The notes under the pieces are model-generated. The model was not told the origin of the DNA, searched no databases, and worked only from the letters and a program-made list of their open reading frames with translations. A stretch of DNA of 62,274 nucleotides, the filler included. It is 11 parts of 11 records of this genome, joined end to end, with 100 filler letters (N's around TTAATTAATTAA, not from the genome) between each part and the next. Parts side by side here need not be neighbours in the genome. Positions count along the whole stretch, not along the records: positions 21,177 to 28,177 come from SRR7504441_2454; positions 28,278 to 36,817 come from SRR7504441_2455; 9 more parts are not named here. One strand, 5' to 3'. The number at the start of each line of letters is the position of its first letter. The stretch's first letter is position 1. Made by a program: the position numbers and the translations under genes. Shown here piece by piece: positions 21,378 through 30,953 of the stretch.

Positions 21378-22886
21378 ATGCGTTTGTTAGCTGGGTTGCT
21401 GGTTTTGGCGACTGCGTCGGCGCAAGCCTGCGTGCCGTGGCCTGCGCCACCCAATGGGACGGCCTGCTGCCCAGGCACCGACCGGCCGCCACCGGCTGGC
21501 TGCAAATACCCTTGTGGGGCTGAGGGTTGCAAGTGCGTCAACGCCAGTGTAGGCTGGTGTGGGCACACCTCGAGCGGTGGCCGGTGCGCCTGCGCCCAGA
21601 CCGGCTGCACGGGGGACGGGGACTGCTGCGGGGCCGGGGAGGGGGCGGTCTGCTCGGCCGGCACCTGCTACTGTACCGACTTCCAGTCTTGTGCCCCCGA
21701 CAAATACCGCTGCCCCCGGCCGCTGGCAAATCGGTTTGGCTCGTCAGCCGGGCTCAAGCTGGAGCGACCGGGGCAGATGGGCCAGGGCTACGACATGGCC
21801 GGCTTCCAGGGCATCGGCTACCGGCTGGCGCTCGGGCAGACCGCCGGGCGATGGATCGGAAGCCACGACGGCGGCCGGAGCTGGCAGGCTGTGCTGCCCA
21901 GTGGTGGGGTGAGCGGGGGTGTGGCCGCCTCGGTGCTGAGCTCGCCCGATTCGCGTCACGATCTGGGGGCCATCACACAGGTGCCAGACAAGCGGCGGCC
22001 GTACAGGCAGTTCAACTCGAGCTCTTGCAGCTGGTTCAACCTCACCACCGACGGTCTAGTCCAGGCGGGCACCGAGCGCCGTCCGGTCGTGTTCGGGGGG
22101 ATCCCGCCCCCGGGCTTTTCGTGCGGCACCCCGCGGGCGCAGTTCGGATGCCCGTTCAGGACCGGCGGTCGAGGCTACGTTGAGATGCCGGACGGGACTC
22201 TAGTGATGTCGGTGATTGTGTGGTGGGGCGGCCCGCACGCCAACCCGAACCCGAAGCTGGCCGGAGTCTCAACCTCGGTGGTCGCCTTCCGCTCGGCCGA
22301 CAAGGGCTTCACCTGGCTGTACTCGGGGGTGGTGCTCGATGCCTCGGCCGCCCCTCATTCGGAGGAGGGCCCCAACGAGAACGACTTGGTGCTTCTGGCG
22401 GACGGCAGCACGATCATGGCCGTGATCAGGCTCGACGCCGGCGACGGGCCGCTCACTCGGCCGTACCTGCCGTACGTGCGGGTGCTCTCGTCGGATGGCG
22501 GCAGGAGTTGGTCCCGAGCAAGCAGCCTGCCGCCCAAAGTGGGCTCGGCGCGGCCGCGGCTGATGAGGACGGACGACGGGCAAATCGTGCTGTCAGGCGG
22601 CCGGAGTGGGCCCAAGAATCGAGACACGATGGTCTGGCTCAACAGCGGGCGCGACGGAGGCGCCGGCTGGCGGGCTTATTCAGTGACTTACTGGCACAAT
22701 ACGCTCGAGCCGAACAGCACTCTTCACTTTACGGCGGCGGTGAACGACTCGTCGTTCCGGCAGACCATGAGTTACACCAGTCTGGTCAAGACAGGCCCCC
22801 AGACCGGCTTGGTCACATACGCCCGAAGATTGGCCGGAACCCCCGATGTCGCCTTCTCGATGCCTTTCACGGTCGAGGCGATCTAG
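21378..22886 (+). CDS. Secreted BNR/Asp-box (sialidase-like) beta-propeller with Cys-rich N-terminal domain
   Basis: Signal peptide MRLLAGLLVLATASA; about 20 Cys in the first 100 aa; Asp-boxes SHDGGRSW, SADKGFTW, SSDGGRSW; GPNENDL, SARPRL, MSYTSL. Intronless. Confidence 0.8.
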   Translation: MRLLAGLLVLATASAQACVPWPAPPNGTACCPGTDRPPPAGCKYPCGAEGCKCVNASVGWCGHTSSGGRCACAQTGCTGDGDCCGAGEGAVCSAGTCYCTDFQSCAPDKYRCPRPLANRFGSSAGLKLERPGQMGQGYDMAGFQGIGYRLALGQTAGRWIGSHDGGRSWQAVLPSGGVSGGVAASVLSSPDSRHDLGAITQVPDKRRPYRQFNSSSCSWFNLTTDGLVQAGTERRPVVFGGIPPPGFSCGTPRAQFGCPFRTGGRGYVEMPDGTLVMSVIVWWGGPHANPNPKLAGVSTSVVAFRSADKGFTWLYSGVVLDASAAPHSEEGPNENDLVLLADGSTIMAVIRLDAGDGPLTRPYLPYVRVLSSDGGRSWSRASSLPPKVGSARPRLMRTDDGQIVLSGGRSGPKNRDTMVWLNSGRDGGAGWRAYSVTYWHNTLEPNSTLHFTAAVNDSSFRQTMSYTSLVKTGPQTGLVTYARRLAGTPDVAFSMPFTVEAI

Positions 22887-23031
22887 GCCATTTAGATCTC
22901 ATGATTCTCATCCGATCTCGATTCGAAGGTAAGTTGCGGTAGAGTGCCGTAAAATGCGGTCTAGCGAACTGTTTTACCATTTCAAGAACTAATAAACTTT
23001 ACAGTAGCTTTCAAGTACTTTCAAGAACTAG

Positions 23032-24678
23032 TTAGCGCGAGGTCTTGATGAACAGCGGGAACTGCACTTTGACAGACGGGAACTCGCCAACTTCCGTCTT
23101 CTGCAGGTGCTGCGGCAGCGTGAGCTGACTCGGGTCGGGCGCTGCCCGGAGCACATCCAGGTCAGGCTGCGGCCCCTTGCAGCCGTGCACCCGCCACTGT
23201 TGGACCAGAGCCAGCGTCCGGGCCTGCTCCTGGTGCTTCTTGATTAGGCCGGTCTTGACTTGTTCAAACTGCCGGACGATCTTGGAGAGCCGCTTCTTGG
23301 GCGGCTGGCCGGAGGGCGCCATCTCCTTTGGGGCCAGGCACTGGGTCGACTTGACGAACTGCATCACCGTCTGCCACGGCACCGACATCTCCTCATCAGG
23401 CTCAAAACCCTCGCGCGCACACGCCTCCTCAAACCATACCGCCACCCGCTCCACTTCCAGCCCAAACTGGCTCAGAAGCGCCTGCCGCTGTTGCTCCTGC
23501 TGGGTTAGCAGCTCTGGGTCCAGGTGCTCGAGTCCCTCGCTCGGCGCCGGCTCGGCCGGTTTTACTTCCATCTGCCCAGTGTCAGCGCGCCCCACCAGCG
23601 GCACACCCTGCCCAGCTCAGGCACCACACACTCCGCCCGAGCCCGCTCGTACAGCGCTTCCTTCTTTTCTATTTCCTGCGGCCCGAATCAGCCCGGCGCG
23701 CGGCCCAGCCCACCGCCAGCAGCAGCTTGGCCCGCTCCGCGATCTGCTCTCGAGACACCTTGGGGAGCAGTGCAGGCGCCTCCTCCGAGCGCACCCGCTT
23801 GAAGCTGGGGGTGCAGCTCTGGGCCGCGTTAGACCGGTCGAACCGCTCACTCCGCTCGCTCCGGCGTGCGGGCGGCGCAGTGGGCTGCGTGACGGCAGGC
23901 GTGCTAGGCTCCCGTGACCGCTTGTGAGACTGCGGCTCATACTCCTCGCGCTGCTGCGACTGCCTGGGCTCCGCTGCCACCCCCTGGTGAGCCGAGCCCG
24001 ACCGGCAGGTCACATGGCCGATTGCTGGCGCGGCTAGGGGTCTGGTGGCTCGGTGTGGCTGCAGGCTCTTGCTGCCCCCCCCTCGTGAGCCAGCCCTGTG
24101 CCGTCGGTGCCTTGATCAGCCCGCGATCGAGCAGCAGCTGCATGTACTCGGCGCACTGCTTCTCAGTCCGCCCGTGGATCTGGGCCACTATCGCCGGCCA
24201 CTGCCCTAGGGCCTCGCGCCCGGCCCGGCCGGGGGCGCACCTTGATCTCGCCGGCTGGTCGTTGGTCCACTAGCTGCACAAACAGGTCGTGCTCCCGCGG
24301 GGTCCACAGCCCCTCCTTGGCCCCGCCCTCCTCGCTCGCAAACTCGTCGTAAGCCGCGTTCACATTGGTCTCAGCTGCTCCCATCCGGTTAGCCCCGACG
24401 GGCAGACGGGCCGGACCTTTCTTGGCGCTGGGGACCGGTTTGGGCCAATGGCTCGCCGGCTCCGGCTCCCGGATCCGAGATCGGGGCGTCGACGGGGGCT
24501 TGCGCGGCTTGGGTGTCGGGGCCGCCTTGGGGCGCCGGCTTGCGGCCTCCTCCTCGCTCTGCTTGAGCAGGAGCGCGATCTGCTGCCGCTCGGTGAGCTT
24601 TGAGATGTCTATCTCCTCCTCTGTCCGGCCGTCAGAGCCAAACCACACCCGCCCGGCACCCTCCGAGTTTTCAACCAT
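23032..24678 (-). CDS. Myb/SANT-domain protein with UIM-like motif (multi-exon)
   Basis: Spliced GLWTPREHDLFVQLV...K|WPAIVAQIHGRTEKQCAEY is a SANT/Myb repeat; LTERQQIALLLKQSEEE is UIM-like. Last exon is ORF 23032-23604. Confidence 0.65.
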
Positions 24679-24824
24679 GGCGCCCGCCTGGGCTAGCTTG
24701 CCCTGCGCTGGGCACGCCCCGTCTGCCCGTGCAATAAAAAAAAAAAGAAACTCAAAAGGTAACGGCAGCTGCAGCCACTCAGCAGCCAGACTGTCTTCGA
24801 GACCGCACGACGTCGGCGGCACCC

Positions 24825-25928
24825 ATGGCTGCTGGCCCGGAGGCGGAGTCGGCACCCATGGCTGAGCCGGCTGCTGGCCCGGAGGCGGGATCGGCTGGTC
24901 TTGGGCGGGCGGCGCTTGGGGTGCTGGTGGTGCTCCTTCTGGTGTGCGGGAACGTGGCGTCCTCCGAACTCACCCAGAGTTTCGAGCTCTTCTTCCCCGA
25001 GCCGTTTGCGCTAATCTACATCAACCACGGCATGATGGTGCTGCTGCTCCCAGCCAGTGGATGGGCCACAGCCCGCAGGTTCGGCTCGATCGGCACGGGG
25101 CTCGGACGGCTCGGGCTCCGCGGCCCCTGGCACGGGACTGCAGTGGCTGTGCTGCTGGCGGTGCTCTTCATGTACAACGTCGCGTTCGCGTTGGCGCTGG
25201 AGCACACTGACGCCAACGTGTTTCTGGCCATCTCGCAGGCGTCACTGCCGATCACTCTGGTGCTGTCCGCAGTGGTGCTCAGCGAGCCAGTCGGTCTTGC
25301 CAAAGTGGGCTCAGTAGTGGTGTCGCTCGGTGGGGTGGCGCTCGTGTCGTTCGGCTCTCGGGCGGACCGGCCGACCGGACAGACCACCTGGCTCGGGGTG
25401 GCCTTCAGCCTGCTGTTTGCCGCGGGCCAATCCATATTTCAGGTAGCCTACAAGCGGCTGATCAGAGACGAAGAGCCATTGCTCGTGAGCCTGCTGATGG
25501 GGCTGATTGGGCTGGCCACGCTGCTAGTGCTCCTGCCGGTGCTGCCCGTGCTCGACGTGCTTGGCTGGGAGAAGTTTGTGTGGCCAGCAGCGCGACATAC
25601 AGGGATGATCCTGGCAGGGGCGCTGCTGGCTGTATTCAACAACTTCATGTTCTGCTATGCAACGACTGTCACCACGCCCGTATTCGTAGCCGTTGGCAGT
25701 TTGCTTCAGATCCCAATCGGGGCGGTGGCCGATCTCATTTTCCACCATACGATGCCTACTCTGATGATGGCCGCCGGCTGGCTGCTGATCGCTGCCTCGT
25801 TCTTGGCGTGCGTGTGGATAGAGGCGAATGCTGCTCCTAAGGTCAGTGAGCAGTCTTTAGAGCAGCCGGGGCCTCTAGATCCTCTCATAGTGGATAAGAG
25901 CCAGCTGGCTGCACCCAGCGCTAGCTGA
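24825..25928 (+). CDS. DMT superfamily (EamA/SLC35F-like) transporter
   Basis: About 10 hydrophobic helices; PFALIY, ALEHTD, VLSEPV..KV, FQVAYKR, TTPVFVAVGSLLQIPIGAVAD. Confidence 0.88.
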   Translation: MAAGPEAESAPMAEPAAGPEAGSAGLGRAALGVLVVLLLVCGNVASSELTQSFELFFPEPFALIYINHGMMVLLLPASGWATARRFGSIGTGLGRLGLRGPWHGTAVAVLLAVLFMYNVAFALALEHTDANVFLAISQASLPITLVLSAVVLSEPVGLAKVGSVVVSLGGVALVSFGSRADRPTGQTTWLGVAFSLLFAAGQSIFQVAYKRLIRDEEPLLVSLLMGLIGLATLLVLLPVLPVLDVLGWEKFVWPAARHTGMILAGALLAVFNNFMFCYATTVTTPVFVAVGSLLQIPIGAVADLIFHHTMPTLMMAAGWLLIAASFLACVWIEANAAPKVSEQSLEQPGPLDPLIVDKSQLAAPSAS

Positions 25929-26349
25929 TCAATTTTAAGCATTAATTAAGGTGAGCAAGAAACACCACCGGTACGTCCTGTGCACATTAAATTCCCATAA
26001 AATTGTACATGATTGTGTACACTAAACCCCGAAGGGCCGGCGAGGCCTTTCAATTGTACATACAGTCTGCGTATGACATTGTATGGGCACCGGTCGTGTT
26101 CTGGGTGCCCAAGCTTGCGGTAAGCTTGCGGTAGCTTGCGGCAGAACAAGTCATCTCAGGCTGAAATAATCGATTTAAGAAGTGAAAAAAAATGTGGATA
26201 AATAGTTTGATTATTAATAATCTTGGATTTCTTTGCAACATTTGATCTATGCAGTGCTCAATGCCTCAATCATCTTGTACGAGTAGGCTGAGCTATAGGC
26301 CGAGCCTTGAATACTTTGTAAGGACCTTAGAACTTCAGGATTCAGAAGC

Positions 26350-28122
26350 TCACTCGATCAAATTTTGCATAGTTGAGTCGGTCCTCCCAGGAGTGTGCTT
26401 ATGGTGGTCAGAAGCAACAATGGACTCCAGGTCTTTGCTTTCACCGACAGGTGAGCCCCGGCACCACGAGTAGAACCGGCACACATCCGAGTACACGAGC
26501 ATGCCCAGAAGAATCAGATAGGCCACAACAATCAGCAAAATAAGGACGATCAACCAAATTGCGATATCGAGCCCACTCACTGTCGAGTAAACAAGATAGA
26601 AGTTGACGCCGATCACCAACAGCGCCATGGTCCATGTGAGCGCCTGCACTGTCAGCGTGTTGATGAACGGACCCATCACGTCAGCCCTCGAGGTGAAGTG
26701 CAGCACTGGGATCAGCGCGAACGGCAGCTGGACCGACTGCAAGATGTTCAGCCACTGGTTGAGCGTGTCGCCCATGCTCGGATCGTCAGCCTGCATCAAG
26801 GCCACAGCGATCGCTGGCCCGAGCGCCAGAGACCGGGTGATTACCACACGCTGCCACCTCTTGACATCCAGCTTGAGGAACCCCTCCATCACGTACTGCC
26901 CCGCCCGGGTGCCCGTGACCGTAGACATGGCCCCGGCAGCCAGCAGTCCGATCCCCCACACCACCTCCGCGGTCATGTTGGGGAACGTGTCTTTGAGCGC
27001 CTGGCCTGCATTCTCGAGCCCAATACTAGAGCAGATCCAGGCCATTTGCTGGTCGTGCCCGCGCGAAGTGTACCCGGTGGTGCAGTACTGGCCCGAGTCC
27101 GGGTTGCCATAGTACGGCTCACCCTTGAGCAGCGCCGCGCCCGGGATGCAGGCAATGTTCCCTTGATCTGCCGAACTGATCTCAGGCCCGTTCGCACACG
27201 TGGACGAGTAGAAAGCAGCCGCGAACGAGACGACCACAAACAGGTTGATCACGAAACTGGCCGCCAGCGCCACTGCAGACTCGATCATGTTGTATTTGTT
27301 GGCTTCGGCCACGTCGCGGTATTGGGTCCGGTCGGCGCGGCGTGTCTCATCTGCGTTGACTAGCCCGGAATGGAGGTAGATATTGTGCGGCATGATCACC
27401 GCCCCGATGATCCCCACGGCCTGGAGCGCGGCGTATGACTCTACCTGCGGCACGAAGGTGCCCTTGAGCACTGCGCCCGCGTCCGGCTGAGCGTTGAGCA
27501 CATCCACAAAGAAGCACGCGGCCATCGCGCTGATCAGGCTGCAGAAGAAGAGTTCGACGTATCGCTGCCCGAAGTACTCGAGCAAGAAGAACCAGATCGC
27601 ATCGGCCGCGGTCACCAGGCAGCCGGCCCAGAGCGGCAGTCCGAAGAGAAGCTTGAAGGCGATGGCCGAGCCGATCACCTCCTGAATGTCAGACCCGATG
27701 ATCGCCAGCTCGGTCATCAACCAGAGCGGGTGCTTGAGGTAGCCCGGGTAGCGCTCGCCGCACACTTGAGCCAGGGTCTTGCCGGTGACCACCCCGAGCC
27801 GGGCGGCGAGCACCTGGAGCAGCAGTCCCATCACGGTGGCCACCAGCAGCACCCAGAGCAACTGGTACCCGGCGAACGCCCCGGCCTGCAGGTCAGCCTC
27901 CAGGTTGCCCGGGTCCAGATAGGCCAGCGACATCAGCCAGCCCGGGCCCATGAACCGCCAGAGGGTCTTGAACGAGAACGGCGGGGCCCGGTACTCTTGG
28001 GGCGGGTCGCGCATCCACTCCGGCTCGGCCGGCTCGTCCTCGGTCTGGCAGCTGGCGTAGTCCTCCAGGCAGGGCGTAGTAGGGCACTGCATGTTGATCA
28101 GTGGGCTGCTCTCCGACGCCAC
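26350..28122 (-). CDS. NRAMP: NRAMP-family divalent metal transporter
   Basis: GPGWLMSLAYLDPGNLEADLQAGA, DIQEVIGSAIA, GAVIMPHNIYLHS, GQYVMEGFL, QSVQLPFA; 12 predicted TM segments. First in-frame ATG is 28092; the 5' end is near the contig edge. Confidence 0.96.
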   Translation of the reverse strand: MASESSPLINMQCPTTPCLEDYASCQTEDEPAEPEWMRDPPQEYRAPPFSFKTLWRFMGPGWLMSLAYLDPGNLEADLQAGAFAGYQLLWVLLVATVMGLLLQVLAARLGVVTGKTLAQVCGERYPGYLKHPLWLMTELAIIGSDIQEVIGSAIAFKLLFGLPLWAGCLVTAADAIWFFLLEYFGQRYVELFFCSLISAMAACFFVDVLNAQPDAGAVLKGTFVPQVESYAALQAVGIIGAVIMPHNIYLHSGLVNADETRRADRTQYRDVAEANKYNMIESAVALAASFVINLFVVVSFAAAFYSSTCANGPEISSADQGNIACIPGAALLKGEPYYGNPDSGQYCTTGYTSRGHDQQMAWICSSIGLENAGQALKDTFPNMTAEVVWGIGLLAAGAMSTVTGTRAGQYVMEGFLKLDVKRWQRVVITRSLALGPAIAVALMQADDPSMGDTLNQWLNILQSVQLPFALIPVLHFTSRADVMGPFINTLTVQALTWTMALLVIGVNFYLVYSTVSGLDIAIWLIVLILLIVVAYLILLGMLVYSDVCRFYSWCRGSPVGESKDLESIVASDHHKHTPGRTDSTMQNLIE

Positions 28123-28177
28123 TCTACTCGTTCGAGCCCAATGTCCGAGGCTCCGGAGGGAAGCCCTCGTGTGTCCC

Positions 28178-28277
28178 NNNNNNNNNNNNNNNNNNNNNNN
28201 NNNNNNNNNNNNNNNNNNNNNTTAATTAATTAANNNNNNNNNNNNNNNNNNNNNNNNNNNNNNNNNNNNNNNNNNNN
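28178..28277. other. Artificial contig linker
   Basis: N44-TTAATTAATTAA-N44. Confidence 0.99.
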
Positions 28278-30505
28278 CTCTCGAACGTTGCTCAAGGCTG
28301 TGCTGCAGGAGGCTGATCAAGAAACAGACGACAGTACCAGCTCGTCTGCTCAAAGCGTTAACTCTTGTGCAGAATCACGTGTGGATAGCATGGCGTTGAT
28401 GAACCGAGTATCAGCAACACTAGCTGGGACTTCGCCATCATTTGGGATTCCAGCCGAGCAATCGCCACTACTCTCAATTCCTGAGTCAGAAACAACTCCT
28501 GCAGCCGCTTCCAAGCCAAACACTGGAGCACAACTCCGGCCACTGCTGATCAGCACACCGCTGCCAACACCCAGTCGGCAGCCACTCAGGACTGTATTGG
28601 TGGAGTCTCAGCTGCAATACATCAGCCCTGATGCAGTGCAAGGCGTGAAGCGTGGCTGCCATCCTCATTCCAATCTCTCGCAGATCGAAGTCTCGCTGTA
28701 TGGTGAGCCAATCTCTGGACTGCTCTCCAGCAATGCAATGGCCATCCCAGAAGTGCCTTCGCTTGAGATGCTAGGGGAGCTGCTTACGAGCCCTCCCCCA
28801 AGTGACGCTCGACCGCGCAAGCTGCCCCGAATCTCACTAACTAGCATTGTGCGCGAGGCTGAGCCTGCACCACAAGAAGAAGCTTTGCCTGAGCCGGGAA
28901 CACCCGTCGAGCAGGCAACAAACAATGACATTAAGCTAAAGCGGGTCTCACTATCGACAATAGTCGCTTCCCTGGCTGATGCCAGCCCCGAGTCGGAATG
29001 CGATGCCAGCCAAGCTCGAGAAGCCGACAAGGAGGCGGCGGCGGCGCTTGTTCAGGCAGCAGCAAGCGCGTGCATTGAGGAGAGTCCAGCGCCAATTCCT
29101 GCTGAGCCACTGCTTGTGGCTCATGAAGTGCCAGCGGATGCACGGATCTCGTTCAACGACTTCATGGTGGCTACTGAACCGCAGCTGGACATGGAAGGAT
29201 TCGCAGCCACCCTGGCCCAAGCCTATGTGCCTGCTCCATTGATTGGAAGCCTGCAATTGGCCGAGATGTTGGATGCGCGCTTCATGGAAGAGACCCAACT
29301 GCCAAAGCTACAGTGGGCTATCGAATCGCTGGTCCACAAAATTATCGAATCCAAGCAGAAGTTGGTCAGTGTTGAGACTGGCCTTGAAACTGAGCGACCA
29401 CCGCTGTTTGGGCTGACTGCTTCGCCCTGCTGCCACAGCGCTATAGCAGCTCTTTCTCTGGAGGCTCGCAACAGTGCTGGTGAGGCTATGTGTGTTTGGT
29501 GGCTAAAACACGAAGCTGCGCTCACAGAGGCACGCGGAGCGCTTGTCAATCGTCTTGAAAAGGATACACAGACAGTCAAAAAGTGCACGAGCAAGCTTGA
29601 AAGAAGCCTGGCGGCAGTGACCAAGGAGCTTGATGGCGCTGATCGCTATACAGAGGCGCTGCAAAACGAGCTCTCAGATAGAGTCCAGGTGATGCAAGCC
29701 AGAGTATTGGAATACGCTGCCAAGTCGGAAGCCAAAGCATCAGAGTGTCTGACTGCAAAGGAGACAGACGAGGAATTGCAGCAGCAGATTGAGAGCTACA
29801 CCCTCCAGTCTGAGCAAGTGGAGGCCAAAACAGAGAAACTGCTGGGCCAAGGCGTCGACATGGATCAGGCACGGCAGCTAGTGGATGTCTTGCACCAACT
29901 GGCCAACTGGGAGGCCAAAGTTGCGGAGGACAAGCAGTCCCTCGAGCTGAAGTGGAACCACAACGGAGCTATTTGCACGGTGATCGAAATCAAGCTAGAT
30001 GGAACGTCAGTCAGCAGCCTGAAGGTGCGCTGTTTCTGGCCTGCAATGATGTGAGTGTGTGCTGTGTCAGGTTGAGCATCCAGCTGTGGAAGAAAGTACG
30101 CTCCCACTCCGGTTGATGCAAACGGTCCCGTGTGAAGAGATTCTGAGTAGTGTCACCCAAATCAGCGAACTCCCACCGGCGCTTGCACACATCTCAGCCC
30201 TGATGGGGCGAGCGACAGAGCTGGAACGTGAGCTGAGCAGGCTGCGATGCCAACATGGGGTCGACGTGAATGTCGATAAGATGCAAGCCACTGTGTGGCA
30301 GTTTGATTGTAAACAGGGCTCGTTTGGACTCTGCTTCTCATTTCAGTATAGCTATCCATATGGCCAATTAGAGTGCACTCCGGTCACACTGGTTGGATGT
30401 GTGGATGATGACATGATTCAGAAACATGTCAATCAGAACCGAGGGTTCAACCGGATCACCAATATCTGCACCTGTGTACGCGAGTACTGCATGTGCAACG
30501 CATAG
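28278..30505 (+). CDS. KNL1/Spc105/Spc7-like kinetochore protein, C-terminal part (5'-truncated)
   Basis: Disordered S/P/E region, then an Spc7-like block (ISFNDFM...IESLVHKIIESK...E...RPPLF...ARNSA...WW...L...D), a coiled coil, and an RWD-like end (FSFQYSYPYGQL). One intron at about 30024-30070 joins ORFs 28288-30054 and 30059-30505. Confidence 0.62.
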
Positions 30506-30757
30506 TCTCGCTACCAAGCCTGCCTGTAGCTATGGTAGCAAGTCTCTCACAGTCATGCATTATCAATGTGAGAGGTCTTATTCACAGTCATCACGACATT
30601 GTTCACAACTAGAAACAATTATACCTACACAAATCATCACAGACGATTTCAATCATGATTGAATGTTGCATAGATCAGAATGTTCAAATCAATTGAAATA
30701 AACTGATTACTTACTCGTATACAATGTCAATGCACAATGATTGTAGTTATTATATCG

Positions 30758-30790
30758 AGTTATGTCGAGCTTTAAGTTATGTCGAGCTTT
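30758..30790. repeat. Short tandem duplication (AGTTATGTCGAGCTTT x2)
   Basis: Two exact 16-nt copies separated by one A, in the convergent intergenic spacer. Confidence 0.8.
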
Positions 30791-30953
30791 ATGATTGAGC
30801 TAGGGTTAACTACGAGTCTAGCTGGACCGTTGACTCCGGGGATCTAGAGGGCCTTCGAGCTGCCTTTGTGATCTTCTTTTCGACACTCAGGAAATCTCGA
30901 TTCAGGCCTGCAACCACACAGGCATTCAATCTTGTGCGGAATGCCTGTCATAA

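Noticed and set aside
24818-24888. Duplicated start region GGCACCCATGGCT...GCTGGCCCGGAGGCGG in the DMT gene
   Set aside because: A simple local tandem duplication giving two in-frame ATGs; no evidence of function.
26113-26143. GCTTGCGG x3, plus similar short duplications at about 14973-15002 and 30758-30790
   Set aside because: Two or three adjacent copies without unique spacers: slippage repeats, not CRISPR.
27030-27215. Cys-containing insertion in an NRAMP loop
   Set aside because: It falls in the variable extracellular loop between TM7 and TM8; the metal-binding DPGN and MPH motifs are canonical.
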